Numbered from the stretch's first letter, positions 37,520 to 48,681 are shown. The stretch: 64,000 nucleotides of DNA from Thermoanaerobaculia bacterium (GCA_038245905.1 JBBRRY010000001.1:160001-224000); one strand, 5' to 3'. Numbers and translations are program-made. Notes: generated from the letters alone by a model not told the origin.

Positions 37520-39918
37520 CGCGCGTCGCGCTTCTCCTTCCCAACCACTTTCCCGGACTGCCGACTTACCGGGTACCGGAGGATGTCGGGCCGCTGATCC
37601 CGGGCGCGCGGGTCGCCGCGCCGTTCGGGAGCGCTCTCGCAACCGGCCTCGTCGCATCGCTGGACCCGCCGCCCGCCCCCGAGGGCACGGTGGAGCGCGA
37701 CGTAGTGGCCGCGCTCGACGACGCGCCGTTTCTCCCGGAGTCTCTCGTCGCGGTTCTCGTCCGGGCGGCCTCCTACTATCTCGTCCCGCCAGGCGAGCTC
37801 CTCCGCGCGGCAGTCCCCGCCCGCCTCCTCGCGGCGGGCGAAGCGGTTTACGTGCCGGCGTCCGGCGCCGTCGGCGCGGAAACCGAAGGCCTTGCCGGAG
37901 AGATTCTCGCCGTGCTTCTCGAGAAGGGAGAGGCCCGCCTTCGCGATCTCGTGGAACGCGTCGGGCGAAAGGGCCTCACGACGGCGCTCAAGCAGCTCGT
38001 CGCCGGGGGGCTCGCGAGGATCCGCTCCGAGAGCCTCCGCGCGGGCGCGGCTCCGTCCGACCGGGCCTGGGTCGCGCGCCCCGCCCCGTCCGATCACCCC
38101 GCCTTCTCGCGCGCGCCGAAGCGCCGCGCCCTCCATGCCAGGCTCCTCGCGCTCGGCCGGCCCGCCTCGATCGCGGAACTGCGTGAATCCGGCGGCACCG
38201 CTGCCGTGCTCTCCGCGCTCGCGAAAGCGGGACTCGTCTCTCTCGTCGAGACCGAGCGCCGCGCGGACATCTCGCGGCACGTCGGAAGCGCCGGCCAGGA
38301 CCGCAGGCCCGTCCCCACCGAAGCTCAGCGGGCTGCGATCGACGCGATCTCCGGGAGCGTTCTTGCGCGGGCGTCGAGGGAGTTTCTCCTCGACGGTGTG
38401 ACGGGCAGCGGCAAGACGGAGGTCTACCTCGCGGCGCTCGAGTCCGCGCGGGACGCGGGCAGGCGCGGGATCCTTCTCGTGCCGGAGATCGCGCTCGCTC
38501 CGGCCCTCGTGAGACGGCTCGTGGCGCGCTTCGGGGACCGGATCTCGCTCCTCCACAGCGGCCTCTCGGACGGCGAGCGCGCCGCCGAATGGGAGCGCGC
38601 GCGCCGGGGAGACGTCGACGCCGTCGTGGGCCCCCGCTCCGCCGTCTTCGCGCCTCTGCCCGATCTCGGCCTCATCGTCGTCGACGAGGCGCACGACGCC
38701 GCCTACAAACAGGGAGACTCGCCACGCTACGACGCCCGCGCCGTGGCCCGCGTCCGCGCTCACGAGGAAAAGGCCACGCTCGTCCTCGGCTCGGCAACGC
38801 CTTCGATGGAGCAGGAACGTTCCGCGCGCGAGGGACGTCTGCCGCGCCTCGCGCTCCCGGACCGTCCCGGAGCGCGCCCCCGGGCGAGAGTCGAGGTCGT
38901 CGATCTGCGGGAGGAGAAGGCTCAGGAAGGCGACCACGGACGCATTCTGCTGGCCGTTCGCACCGCGGAAATTCTCACGCAGTGCTTCGAACGAGGCGAG
39001 CAGGCCATTCTCCTCCTCAATCGCCGGGGGTTCTCGCCCAGCCTGCTCTGCCGGGCGTGCGGCGAGGATTTTCGCTGCGCGAACTGCTCGGTCGCCCGCA
39101 CCTACCATCGCCGTCACGAGCGCCTTTTGTGCCACTACTGCGGCGACGACATTCGCCGCCCTCCCGCCTGTCCGAAGTGCGGCGCGGACGCGCTCCAACC
39201 GATCGGCTTCGGGACGGAACGCCTGGCCGACAGGTTCCAGGAGCGCTTCCCGGGAATCTCCTATGCCGTCCTCGACCGCGACGCGGCTGCGCGGCGCGGC
39301 GGCGCCGCGGGAGTGCTGCAGGATTTCGAGGAGGGGCGCGCGCAGGCGCTTCTCGGGACGCAGATGGTCGCGAAAGGGCACGACTTTCCGAACGCGACGG
39401 CTCTGGCGGTCCTCGACGCCGACGCACTCCTTTCGTTTCCGGACTTCCGCTCGGCCGAGCGGACCTTTCAGCTCGTGACGCAGGCCGCGGGGCGCGTCGG
39501 GCGCGGGGAGAAGCCGGGTCTCGTCGCCGTCCAGACGTCCCGGCCCGATCACGAGGCGATTCGCGCCGCGGTCAGGCAGGATCATCCCGCGTTCGCCGAA
39601 GCCGAGCTGCGCTTTCGGAAAGCGTTCCGCTATCCGCCCTACACGCATCTCCTCCTCGCGCTCTTCGTGGACGTCGAGCTGTCGAAGGCTCATCACGCGG
39701 CGGGCGCCGCTTTCGCGGCCCTCGCGTCGGCGGAGGTGGCGCGGGAGATCCGCATGCTCGGGCCCGCGCCGGCGCCGCTCGAACGCCTGAAGGGCCTCTG
39801 GCGCTATCACCTGTTGATCAAAGCCGAGCGCCGCGAGGCGATCGCAGAGGCCGGCCACCTCCTCGCGGCGCTTCCGGATCCGCCGCGCCTCGACGTCGAC
39901 CCGCAGAACCTGCTTTAG
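37516..39918 (+). CDS. priA: primosomal protein N' (inferred CTG start)
   Basis: GVTGSGKTEVY, VPEI, DEAH, GSATP, NRRG, 4xCxxC, GTQMVAKG, DVDP. Confidence 0.96.
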   Translation: MTRVALLLPNHFPGLPTYRVPEDVGPLIPGARVAAPFGSALATGLVASLDPPPAPEGTVERDVVAALDDAPFLPESLVAVLVRAASYYLVPPGELLRAAVPARLLAAGEAVYVPASGAVGAETEGLAGEILAVLLEKGEARLRDLVERVGRKGLTTALKQLVAGGLARIRSESLRAGAAPSDRAWVARPAPSDHPAFSRAPKRRALHARLLALGRPASIAELRESGGTAAVLSALAKAGLVSLVETERRADISRHVGSAGQDRRPVPTEAQRAAIDAISGSVLARASREFLLDGVTGSGKTEVYLAALESARDAGRRGILLVPEIALAPALVRRLVARFGDRISLLHSGLSDGERAAEWERARRGDVDAVVGPRSAVFAPLPDLGLIVVDEAHDAAYKQGDSPRYDARAVARVRAHEEKATLVLGSATPSMEQERSAREGRLPRLALPDRPGARPRARVEVVDLREEKAQEGDHGRILLAVRTAEILTQCFERGEQAILLLNRRGFSPSLLCRACGEDFRCANCSVARTYHRRHERLLCHYCGDDIRRPPACPKCGADALQPIGFGTERLADRFQERFPGISYAVLDRDAAARRGGAAGVLQDFEEGRAQALLGTQMVAKGHDFPNATALAVLDADALLSFPDFRSAERTFQLVTQAAGRVGRGEKPGLVAVQTSRPDHEAIRAAVRQDHPAFAEAELRFRKAFRYPPYTHLLLALFVDVELSKAHHAAGAAFAALASAEVAREIRMLGPAPAPLERLKGLWRYHLLIKAERREAIAEAGHLLAALPDPPRLDVDPQNLL

Positions 39919-40877
39919 GGTCGGCGGAGCTCGAGGACGAGATAAGGATTCAAGGGAGTGCCGGCGAGCCACGTGAAGCCCGGCACGGACGTGAGCGCGT
40001 AGAAGGCCGCCATCGGCGCGCGAAACACCCGTCCGTACCAGTGCGCGCCCACCTGGTTGAAACGCAGACGGTGATGCGGCGAGCGGGCGGAGACGTGGAG
40101 AAAGGGATCCAGGCGCGCCGCGAGCCGGCGGATCTCTCTCACGTTTGGAAGAAATCCTTCGAAGGGGGAATGCCAACGGGCGCCGCCTGCCGTCGGTCCG
40201 TGCCAGAAGTCGACCGGAAAGGCCCCGTTCGGAAAGTCGAGGTAGAGCGCGCCCCCCGGCCTGATCACTCGCGCGAGGCCCGCGAGGAACGCCTCGCGCC
40301 GCGCGTCACGATCCGGGAGCGGCGAGACTTCATAGACCCCGGGCCCGCCACGCTCGTCGACACCGACGTGTTCGAGGACGCCGGACGAGATCACGGCGTC
40401 GAAAAACGCGTCCGGAAAGGGGAGCCTGAGCCCGTCCGCCACAACGAGTCGCTCACGGTGAGCGCGTGCCCGCCACTGCCACTTGCGAAACGACGACAGG
40501 TCATGCCCCCAAGCGTCGAACCCCGCCTCCGAGAGCGTGTCGACCGCCTCGCCGTTCCCGCACCCAGAGTCGAGGACGCGTCGCGCGCCCGTCGAGCGCA
40601 GGAGTGGCAGGTAGTAGTCCTCGATGCGGCGGCCCGCGGTCTCGTTCTCGTATCCGCGGAGCGCCTCTTCGGAAAGGCAGGTGGGGTCCGGGTGGTCGTC
40701 GAAGTACTGCCGTTCGGAAAAATCGGCGATCCCGTCGTCGACGGGGTAGACCTTTCCGCACGCACGGCAGGAGAGAGACGAGGAGCCGGAGAAAGGAGAA
40801 GATTCTTCGAATGTTCCTAAGCAACGGGGGCAGACGAGCGCTTCGGGCGAACGAGCCTCTTCCTCTTCTCTTTCCAC
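39915..40877 (-). CDS. class I SAM-dependent methyltransferase with Trm112-like zinc ribbon
   Basis: LVCPRC..CRACGKVYPVDDGI; VLDSGCGNG; LPFPDAFFD; VIRPGG. Confidence 0.88.
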   Translation of the reverse strand: MEREEEEARSPEALVCPRCLGTFEESSPFSGSSSLSCRACGKVYPVDDGIADFSERQYFDDHPDPTCLSEEALRGYENETAGRRIEDYYLPLLRSTGARRVLDSGCGNGEAVDTLSEAGFDAWGHDLSSFRKWQWRARAHRERLVVADGLRLPFPDAFFDAVISSGVLEHVGVDERGGPGVYEVSPLPDRDARREAFLAGLARVIRPGGALYLDFPNGAFPVDFWHGPTAGGARWHSPFEGFLPNVREIRRLAARLDPFLHVSARSPHHRLRFNQVGAHWYGRVFRAPMAAFYALTSVPGFTWLAGTPLNPYLVLELRRP

Positions 40878-40958
40878 TCGAAGAAATCTCTCTTCGAAGC
40901 TTGCCTCGGACGCGCCTCGCTGTCGAGAGACTCGCGGGAGGTCTGCTACAGTCTCTTC

Positions 40959-41909
40959 ATGGCGAACGAGGCGAGATTCGAGGAGCCAATCCAGCGTGTC
41001 CGGAGGCGTCTGGACGAGCTGAAGGGCTTCGCGGAGTCCCCGGCCAGGGATCGGGAGGTCGAGAAGCTCGAAGGAAAGCTCAAGAAGCTTTCCCGCGAGG
41101 TCTACGAGAACCTGACGCCCTGGCAGAAGACGCTGGTCGCGCGGCATCCGAACCGTCCGTTCACGCTCGACTACGTGCGGGTCCTGGTTCGCGATTTCGT
41201 GGAGTGGCACGGCGACCGCGCCTTCGCCGACGACCCGGCGATCGTGGCGGGCTTCGGATTTCTGGGCGCGCGCGCCGTGGCCGTGATCGGTCACCAGAAG
41301 GGCCGCGACACCAAGGAGAAGATCCGGCGTAATTTCGGGATGCCGCGCCCGGAGGGTTATCGCAAGGCGCTTCGGGTCATGAAGCTGGCCGAGAAATTCC
41401 GCCGGCCCGTCCTCACGTTCATCGACACCCCAGGGGCGTTTCCGGGCCTCGAGAGCGAGGAGCGGGGCGTCTCGGAGGCCATCGCGCGGAATCTCCTCGA
41501 GATGTCCGCTCTCGCAACCCCGATCGTCACGACGGTCATCGGCGAGGGCGGCTCCGGTGGCGCGCTTGGGATCGGAATCGCCGACGCCGTTCTCATGCTC
41601 GAGCACTCCGTGTACTCGGTGATCTCGCCCGAGGGGTGCGCCGCGATTCTCTGGAAGGATCAGTCGCGCGCCCAGGAGGCCGCGGAGGCCCTTCGTCTGA
41701 CGGCCGCGGACTGCAAGGCGCTGGGCGTCATCGACGAGATCCTGCCCGAGCCGTCGGGTGGCGCCCATGCCGACCCGGTCGCGGTCATCGACACGGTCGG
41801 GCGCGCGCTCGAAGAACGCCTCGAACGCCTCGCGCAGGTCTCTCTCGAAATGCTCCTTGAGGCGCGCTACGCGAAATTCCGCGCGATGGGGGCCTGGGAG
41901 AACGCGTGA
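40959..41909 (+). CDS. accA: acetyl-CoA carboxylase carboxyltransferase alpha
   Basis: ARHPNRP, NFGMPRPEGYRKA, GEGGSGGA, ISPEG. Confidence 0.98.
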   Translation: MANEARFEEPIQRVRRRLDELKGFAESPARDREVEKLEGKLKKLSREVYENLTPWQKTLVARHPNRPFTLDYVRVLVRDFVEWHGDRAFADDPAIVAGFGFLGARAVAVIGHQKGRDTKEKIRRNFGMPRPEGYRKALRVMKLAEKFRRPVLTFIDTPGAFPGLESEERGVSEAIARNLLEMSALATPIVTTVIGEGGSGGALGIGIADAVLMLEHSVYSVISPEGCAAILWKDQSRAQEAAEALRLTAADCKALGVIDEILPEPSGGAHADPVAVIDTVGRALEERLERLAQVSLEMLLEARYAKFRAMGAWENA

Positions 41910-43666
41910 ACGCCCGGGCGCGCGCGCCGCGCCTCGTGCGGCGTCACCTTCGGCCCCAGCACCCGGACGCGGCGGACCGCCTCTCCCGGGAGCTCGGCCT
42001 GCCCGCACCCGCGGCCCGCATTCTCGCGGCGCGGGGCTTCGGAGACGTCGACGCGGCGCGCACGCATCTTGCGCCCGCTCCCGACGCGCTCCACGATCCG
42101 TTCTCGATGGCGGGCCTGCCTGCCGCCGTCGAGATGCTCGCGGCCACCGCCCGGCGCGGCGGCCGCATCGTCGTCTTCGGCGACTACGACTGCGACGGTG
42201 TGGGCGCGCTCGCGATTCTCACGACGGCGCTCCGGAAGCTGGGTGCCGATGCCCGGCCTTTCATCCCGCACCGGCTTCAGGACGGCTACGGCCTCCGGGC
42301 CCCGACTCTCCGGCGCGCGCTCGAAGAGCACGAGCCGGAGGGGATCGTGACCGTCGACTGCGGCATCACCGCGGTCGAGACCGTGGCGGAGGCCACGAGC
42401 CGCGGTGTCTACGTCATCGTCACGGATCATCACCTGCCTCCCGCGGCGCTGCCCGATGGCGCGGTGCTCGTGGATCCGAAGCTTCCTGGCTGCCGTTATC
42501 CCTTCAAGGAGCTTTGCGGCGCCGGTATCGCGTGGAAGCTGGCCGAGGCGCTCTTCGTCCACTCCGGGGAGCGCGTGGGCGTGGATGCCGCGGGCCGCCG
42601 AAGGTGGATGGCTTCGTTCGCGAAGATCGCGGCGCTCTCGACCGTCGCCGACATGGTGCCTCTCACCGGTGAGAACAGGGTGCTCGTCGCGTGGGGGCTC
42701 GCGGGACTCGCGGACCCGCGTGCTCCCGGCCTCGCGGCTCTCCTCCGGCGTTCGGGCGTTCCCGCCGGCCGTGCGCCCTCCACGCGTGAGGTCGCGTTCC
42801 GCATCGCGCCCCGCCTGAACGCCATGGGTCGCCTCGACCACGCGGCGCGCGCCTTCGAGCTGCTGACGACGGCCGACGCCGCGCGGGCGGAGGTCCTCGC
42901 CGGCGAGATCGAGGCCGCGAACGACGAGCGCCGCGCCGTCCAGGAGCGCGTCGTCGACCTCGTCCTCGCGCGGCTCGCCGTCGGATTCGACGCGGCACGC
43001 GACGCGATCGTCGTCGAAGCGGGGGAGGCCGCGGACGGCTGGCACCGCGGCGTCCTAGGAATCGCCGCGTCCCGTGTTGCGAAGGAGCTGGCGCGGCCCG
43101 TACTGCTCCTCGCCCGCGAGGGAGACGTCGTGTCGGGCAGCGGCCGGAGCTACGGGAAGACACCGCTCTTCGAGCGCCTCGCGCCCGTCGCGCGCCGCTA
43201 CACGAAAGAGTTCGGAGGGCATGCCGCCGCGCTCGGCCTCACCCTGCCGGCGTCGTCCTTCGAGGCCTTTCGCGACGATCTACGCGCCGCGTTCGCGGAA
43301 GCGCGAGACGAAGGGGAATGGGCCGAGGAGCTCTTCGTCGACACCGAAGTCGAGGCCCCCGAGGCGGACGATGCGCTCGCGCGCGCCCTCGAGCGCTTCG
43401 AGCCGCACGGCCAGGAAAATCCGAAGCCGCTTCTCGGATTCCGCGGCCTCGACTGGGACGGTCGCGGCCGCGCCGTCGGCGAGCGTGGCCTTCGCATCGC
43501 GCTCGCGTCCAACGGGCGGCGCCTCGAGGCCGTGGGCTGGACGCTTGCCGACGTCCCGCCCGCCGCCCGCGCCGGACGCGTGGATGTGGCCGCGAACCTC
43601 GCGATCGACTCCTATACGGGCCGCCCCTCGCTCACCGTCGTCGATCTCGCGCCGGCGGCGGCATGA
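41906..43666 (+). CDS. recJ: single-stranded DNA exonuclease RecJ
   Basis: GDYDCDG, TVDCG, TDHH, APRLNAMGR, GGHAAA. Confidence 0.94.
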   Translation: MNARARAPRLVRRHLRPQHPDAADRLSRELGLPAPAARILAARGFGDVDAARTHLAPAPDALHDPFSMAGLPAAVEMLAATARRGGRIVVFGDYDCDGVGALAILTTALRKLGADARPFIPHRLQDGYGLRAPTLRRALEEHEPEGIVTVDCGITAVETVAEATSRGVYVIVTDHHLPPAALPDGAVLVDPKLPGCRYPFKELCGAGIAWKLAEALFVHSGERVGVDAAGRRRWMASFAKIAALSTVADMVPLTGENRVLVAWGLAGLADPRAPGLAALLRRSGVPAGRAPSTREVAFRIAPRLNAMGRLDHAARAFELLTTADAARAEVLAGEIEAANDERRAVQERVVDLVLARLAVGFDAARDAIVVEAGEAADGWHRGVLGIAASRVAKELARPVLLLAREGDVVSGSGRSYGKTPLFERLAPVARRYTKEFGGHAAALGLTLPASSFEAFRDDLRAAFAEARDEGEWAEELFVDTEVEAPEADDALARALERFEPHGQENPKPLLGFRGLDWDGRGRAVGERGLRIALASNGRRLEAVGWTLADVPPAARAGRVDVAANLAIDSYTGRPSLTVVDLAPAAA

Positions 43667-45705
43667 CGCGCTTCCGGCGAATCGCCCGGCCGGCGGTCCT
43701 CGCTCTCGGGGCCAGCTTCGCGCTCCTCGTCGTCTTCTCCTACCGCAAGCCCGGAGCGCGGACAGAAGGCGCCCGAGATCCGGTCGCCGAAACGCTGCTG
43801 AAGGAAGCCGGCGGGAAACGCGACACGATGCGCTTTCGGGACTTTCAGTACGACGAAACGCGGGAATCCGAAGGCCGGTATCGCCTGCGCGCCACGGAGG
43901 CCGTCAAGTTCGAGGAAAAGGGGGAGAAGCTCTTCCGCCTCAAGGACGTCGTCTTCGAGTCACGGGAGGGTGCGCGCGAACCGGTGATCTCGGTGCGCGC
44001 GCCGCGCGCAGAGATGATCGAAGGCTCGAAGGCCTTCCGGATTTTCGACGGCGTGAGGATCGAGGGCGAGGAGACGAGCCTCTCGGCCGCCTCGTTTCGC
44101 TACGACCCGTTGTTCCGCGTCCTCGCGTCGGAAGGTCCGGTCGCGGCGCTCCGGGGCGCGCTCGTAGCCCACGCCGCCTCCGGGAAACTCGGCGTCGGCG
44201 ACGGAAATCTCGTGCTCGACGGCGACGCGCACCTCAGCGGGCGCGCCGAGGGTGGGCGCGCCATGGATCTGGCCGCGCCGCACGTCGTCATCTCCCGCGA
44301 CGGAAAGCTCGAGGCCACGGGCGGCGCCACCCTGAAGACGGACCGAATGATCCTTCGCAGCAAAAGCATCTCCCGGCTCGCCGAGCCCGAGGGAAGCCGC
44401 CTCAGGGCGACCACGGATGCCTTCCTGCTCGTGCTGCCGGACGGAGACCAGCCGCCCGCCGCGCTCACGGCGCAGGGCGATGAGCTCGAGCTGCGCCTCG
44501 ACGCGTCCGGACAGCCAGCCGCCCTCGAAGCGAATGGGGGCGCTCCGGGCCTCGCCCGCCTCGACCTCGGTCCCGCCGGGTCTTCCGGGGCTTCCGGCAC
44601 CTCCGGAGCTCGCCGCGCGCGTGCCCCGCACTTCTCGGGGCGGTTCGAAAACGGGCGCTTCCGCGAACTCACCGTGCCCGATCGGCTGGACGCCGCCGAA
44701 TCCGGACGAACCGGCGGCCCCGTTGGCTCGGGGCTTCGCACGCTCACCGCCGGCTTCGCCCGGGTTCTCTTCCTGCCGGACGGACGCTCGATCGAGACGG
44801 CCGTTTTCGAGAACGGAGTCGAGCTGACAGACGGAAAGAGGGCAACCCTGAAGGCCCCGCACGGCACGCTGCGCGGGTGGGACGACACCGCCGTCTTCTC
44901 GGGCGAGCCCGACGTCCCGGCGCGCTACCGCGACGAGCGCGGCACGATCGCGGCCCGATCACTCTCTTGGAATGCGCGGGAGGAGCGCCTCGACGCCGCC
45001 GGAACGGTGAAAGCCTCGTACGCGCCCGGAGCCGGGCCTGGGCGGGGCGGCTTTCTCGGCGGAGACGGCAAGAGCCCGTTTTTCTCCGAGTCCGACACGT
45101 TGAAGCTCGAGTCCCGAACGTCGAAGCTCGTTCTCACGGGCTCGGTCCGTGCCTGGCAGAACGAGAACGTCATCCGGTGCGGCACGCTCGAGCTCGACGA
45201 CTCCCTGAAAACCATGCGGGCCGAGCAGAAGGTCCAGGCGTTCTTCCGGCGCGAGACGACTCCCGCAAAGGGAATGCGGTTGCCGCCTAGCAGTCGTCCG
45301 AGCGAAACCATCAACGCCGCGGGAGACGTCCTCGTCCATCGGGAAGAGGAGCGCTTCGTTCGCCTCGAGGGCCATGCGACGATGACGTCCGGGATCTTCA
45401 CGATGACCTCCGACGTGACGGACATTCGCCTCGCCCAGGACCGGACCGTCGAGTACACGGAGGCGCGAGGCACCGTCGTCGTCGAAGATCGCGCCCAGCA
45501 CCGCCGGGGCGAGGGCACGAAGGCAATCTGGCGCCCCGAGACCGAGGCGGTCACTCTAGAGGGCGCGCCCGCGACCGCACTCGACGGGAAGGGCAACCGC
45601 TCGACCGGTGCGATCCTCACGTTTCGGCAGAAGAGCTCTCAAGTAGACGTGGAGACGGGCGGGACCGTGCGAACCGAGACGATCCTCAAGCCGGAGGGTT
45701 CGTGA
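43663..45705 (+). CDS. long LptC/LptA-like periplasmic LPS transport protein
   Basis: N-terminal anchor, beta-rich OstA-like repeats, 680 aa, directly before lptB. Confidence 0.75.
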   Translation: MTRFRRIARPAVLALGASFALLVVFSYRKPGARTEGARDPVAETLLKEAGGKRDTMRFRDFQYDETRESEGRYRLRATEAVKFEEKGEKLFRLKDVVFESREGAREPVISVRAPRAEMIEGSKAFRIFDGVRIEGEETSLSAASFRYDPLFRVLASEGPVAALRGALVAHAASGKLGVGDGNLVLDGDAHLSGRAEGGRAMDLAAPHVVISRDGKLEATGGATLKTDRMILRSKSISRLAEPEGSRLRATTDAFLLVLPDGDQPPAALTAQGDELELRLDASGQPAALEANGGAPGLARLDLGPAGSSGASGTSGARRARAPHFSGRFENGRFRELTVPDRLDAAESGRTGGPVGSGLRTLTAGFARVLFLPDGRSIETAVFENGVELTDGKRATLKAPHGTLRGWDDTAVFSGEPDVPARYRDERGTIAARSLSWNAREERLDAAGTVKASYAPGAGPGRGGFLGGDGKSPFFSESDTLKLESRTSKLVLTGSVRAWQNENVIRCGTLELDDSLKTMRAEQKVQAFFRRETTPAKGMRLPPSSRPSETINAAGDVLVHREEERFVRLEGHATMTSGIFTMTSDVTDIRLAQDRTVEYTEARGTVVVEDRAQHRRGEGTKAIWRPETEAVTLEGAPATALDGKGNRSTGAILTFRQKSSQVDVETGGTVRTETILKPEGS

Positions 45706-46439
45706 GCAGTTCCAAGCCGGTCCTGGAGGCCCGCGACCTCGTGAAGGCCTACGGCGGCCGCACGGTGGTCGACGGGGTGTCGGTCCTCGTCTCCGGGGGA
45801 GAGGTCGTGGGACTTCTGGGCCCGAACGGAGCGGGGAAGACGACGACATTCTCGATCGTCGTCGGGCTCGTGGCGCCCGACGCCGGCTCGGTGCTTCTGG
45901 ACGGGGAGGACATCACGACGCTCCCGATGTACCGCCGCGCGCGGCGGGGCCTCGGGTACCTGCCGCAGGAGGCGTCCATCTTCCGGAAGATGACCGCCAT
46001 CGAGAATCTTCTCGCGATTCTCGAGACGCTTCCGGGGAATCGGGCGGCGCGCGAAGCGGCCGCACACGGCCTCCTCGACCGTTTCAAGCTCTCGCACCTC
46101 GCCCACGCCGTCGCGGACACGCTCTCGGGAGGCGAACGGCGCCGTCTCGAGATTGCCCGCGCCATCACGCTGTCACCCCGGTTCATCCTGCTCGACGAGC
46201 CGTTCGCGGGGATCGACCCGATTACCGTGCTCAACCTCCAACAGGTGATCCGGGATCTCTCGGCGGCGGGAATCGGCGTCCTCATCACGGACCACAACGT
46301 GCGCGACACGCTCGCGATCGTGGACCGCGGTTACATCATCCACGCGGGCGCTATTTTCAGAGCGGGATCACCCGCCGAGCTCTCCGGCGATCCCGAGGTG
46401 CGCCGCGTCTATCTCGGCGAGCGATTCCGTCTCGACTGA
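45702..46439 (+). CDS. lptB: LPS export ABC ATPase
   Basis: [41 protein letters not shown]. Confidence 0.97.
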   Translation: MSSSKPVLEARDLVKAYGGRTVVDGVSVLVSGGEVVGLLGPNGAGKTTTFSIVVGLVAPDAGSVLLDGEDITTLPMYRRARRGLGYLPQEASIFRKMTAIENLLAILETLPGNRAAREAAAHGLLDRFKLSHLAHAVADTLSGGERRRLEIARAITLSPRFILLDEPFAGIDPITVLNLQQVIRDLSAAGIGVLITDHNVRDTLAIVDRGYIIHAGAIFRAGSPAELSGDPEVRRVYLGERFRLD

Positions 46440-46502
46440 ATCCGGGGCTTGCGGCGGTAGAATCGGCGCGGCCTCCGCCTGAGCGGGGCTTCGGACAACA
46501 CA

Positions 46503-48143
46503 TTGGGACTCGAACAGAAACTCTCGCTGAGGCTCTCCCAGCGGCTCGTCATGACGCCGACGCTGCAGCAGGCCATCAAGCTGCTCCAGATGACGCGCCT
46601 CGAGCTGCAGGACGTCGTGAACCAGGAGCTCGTCTCGAACCCGGTGCTCGAGGAACAGGATCCTGAGAGCGCGGCAACGCCCGACGAGGACTCGGGTGCC
46701 GCCGAGACGCGCGAGCGCGAGCTCGCCGAAACGCCGGGGACCGGAGCCGAAGGTGCCGGCGCCCTTTCCGACGATGCAGAAGGGGGCTCGGAGCCCGCCG
46801 CCACCATGGCCGACGCGCCCGCCCCCGAACCGGTCGTCGACGCGCCACCGTCCGAAACCATGGAAGACGCCCTCGGCGACATCGACCTCGAGGCCTACTT
46901 CGGCGACTACATGGACGGTACGGCGACGGCTCCACGGATGAGCGAGCAAGCCGAGGAGTTCTCGCTGGAAAACCGGGCCGACGCGCCACCCGGCCTCGAG
47001 CCACACCTCACGGAGCAGCTCGGGGTCTCGGATGCCCCTCCGGGCCTCCGTGAGGCCTGCGGGTTCATGATCGGAAACGTCGATCCGGACGGCTGCCTAC
47101 GGCTGACGCTCGACGAGGTTTGTGCGGCCATGCCGTGTTCGATCGAAACGGCGGAGAAGGCGCTTGCACTCCTTCAATCGTTCGACCCGTGCGGGGTCGG
47201 CGGGCGCAACCTCGCCGAGATCCTCCTCCTCCAGGCGAGGGCCGCGAACATCGCGACCCCGCTTCTCGTCGAGCTCGTGACCCACCGCTTCGCGGAGCTG
47301 GGCTCGAAGCCTGCCGCCCTGCTTGCGCGCCAGATGAACGTGCCGCTCGAAGACATCCAGCAGGCGCTCGAGTGGATCCGGAGACTCGACCCGAAGCCCG
47401 GGCGCGCCTATGACTCGTCCCGGACGATCTACGTGGAACCCGACGTGGCCGTCGTGAAGGTCGAAGAGGAATACGTCGTCCTGTTCAACGACGACGGCCT
47501 GCCGCGCCTTCGCGTGTCGGCGCTCTATCGCCGAATGCTCCTCGCCCGGGATGGCGCCCTCGACGGGGAGGGCAAGAGCTACCTGAGGGAGAAAATGCGC
47601 GCCGCTCAGTGGCTGCTGAAGAGCCTCGACCAGAGAAAGCGCACCATCGTTCGTGTCGCCGAGTCGATCGTCAAGAAACAGCACGACTTCTTCGACTACG
47701 GGGTGGCGCAACTGAGGCCCCTCGTCCTTCGCGACGTCGCCGAGGACATCGGCATGCACGAATCCACCGTCTCGCGGGTCGTCTCGAACAAGTGGATGGC
47801 GACCCCACGCGGCCTCGTTCCGATGAAGTTCTTCTTCCATTCGGCGATCGCGTCGTCGGTGGGGGAGGACGTCTCCTCGCTCGCCGTGAAAGGCAAGATC
47901 CGCAGTCTCGTCGAGGCGGAGGACCCCGCGCATCCCGTCTCGGACGCCCGCCTCGCCGAATTGCTTCTTCGCGACGGGATTCGCATCGCGCGCCGAACCG
48001 TCGCGAAGTATCGCGAGGAGCTCCGCATTCCGGCTAGCTCGATTCGCCGCGTCGGAGAGACCGTTGCCGGGGCCGGCCCCGGCGAGGCGGAACCCGAGCA
48101 GATCGGCGAGACGGATCCGGCCGTTCCCAAGGAGGAAGCATGA
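46503..48143 (+). CDS. rpoN: RNA polymerase sigma-54
   Basis: LQQAIKLLQM, HESTVSR, RpoN box ARRTVAKYRE. Confidence 0.97.
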   Translation: MGLEQKLSLRLSQRLVMTPTLQQAIKLLQMTRLELQDVVNQELVSNPVLEEQDPESAATPDEDSGAAETRERELAETPGTGAEGAGALSDDAEGGSEPAATMADAPAPEPVVDAPPSETMEDALGDIDLEAYFGDYMDGTATAPRMSEQAEEFSLENRADAPPGLEPHLTEQLGVSDAPPGLREACGFMIGNVDPDGCLRLTLDEVCAAMPCSIETAEKALALLQSFDPCGVGGRNLAEILLLQARAANIATPLLVELVTHRFAELGSKPAALLARQMNVPLEDIQQALEWIRRLDPKPGRAYDSSRTIYVEPDVAVVKVEEEYVVLFNDDGLPRLRVSALYRRMLLARDGALDGEGKSYLREKMRAAQWLLKSLDQRKRTIVRVAESIVKKQHDFFDYGVAQLRPLVLRDVAEDIGMHESTVSRVVSNKWMATPRGLVPMKFFFHSAIASSVGEDVSSLAVKGKIRSLVEAEDPAHPVSDARLAELLLRDGIRIARRTVAKYREELRIPASSIRRVGETVAGAGPGEAEPEQIGETDPAVPKEEA

Positions 48144-48676
48144 AGGTCACCTTCACCGCCCGGCACGTTCGGCTCCATCCGCGGCTGCGCAGCATCGTCG
48201 AGACGAAGCTCGCGAAGCTCGGGCGCACTCTTCCCGGTGACGCGGAGGCGCATGTCGTCGTGACGGCGGGAAAGAAGGACCTGGAAGTCGAGGTCTCGGT
48301 GGCCGGCCGCCACGGCACGCTCACCGCCGTGGCGCGCGCGGGCGACCAGACAACCGCGGCGCAGGAAGTCATGGACCGGGTTTTCGCGCAAGCGGTCAAG
48401 GCGAAGACGAAGGCGACGGGCGTCAAGAAGCGCGCGGCCTCACCGGTCCGGAACCCCCGGACCTGGCCGGCCGAACCGCCGGCCGAGCCGGCGCGGCACG
48501 TCGGGCCCAGGCGCGAAAGCCAGTCGCCGCGTGCGATGTTCGAGGAGGACGCCCTCACAGCGTTCGCCGCCTCACGGCGGGAGGTCTTCGTCTTCCGCGA
48601 TCCGGCCTCCCACCACGCTCTGCGCTTCTTGTACCGGCGTAAAGACGGGACGCTCGGCCTCGTCGTCCCCGAGTAG
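48140..48676 (+). CDS. hpf: ribosome hibernation factor (long HPF/RaiA), divergent
   Basis: MKVTFTARH; C-terminal VFVFRD..LYRRKDGTLGL; follows rpoN. Confidence 0.8.
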   Translation: MKVTFTARHVRLHPRLRSIVETKLAKLGRTLPGDAEAHVVVTAGKKDLEVEVSVAGRHGTLTAVARAGDQTTAAQEVMDRVFAQAVKAKTKATGVKKRAASPVRNPRTWPAEPPAEPARHVGPRRESQSPRAMFEEDALTAFAASRREVFVFRDPASHHALRFLYRRKDGTLGLVVPE

Positions 48677-48681
48677 ACGCG

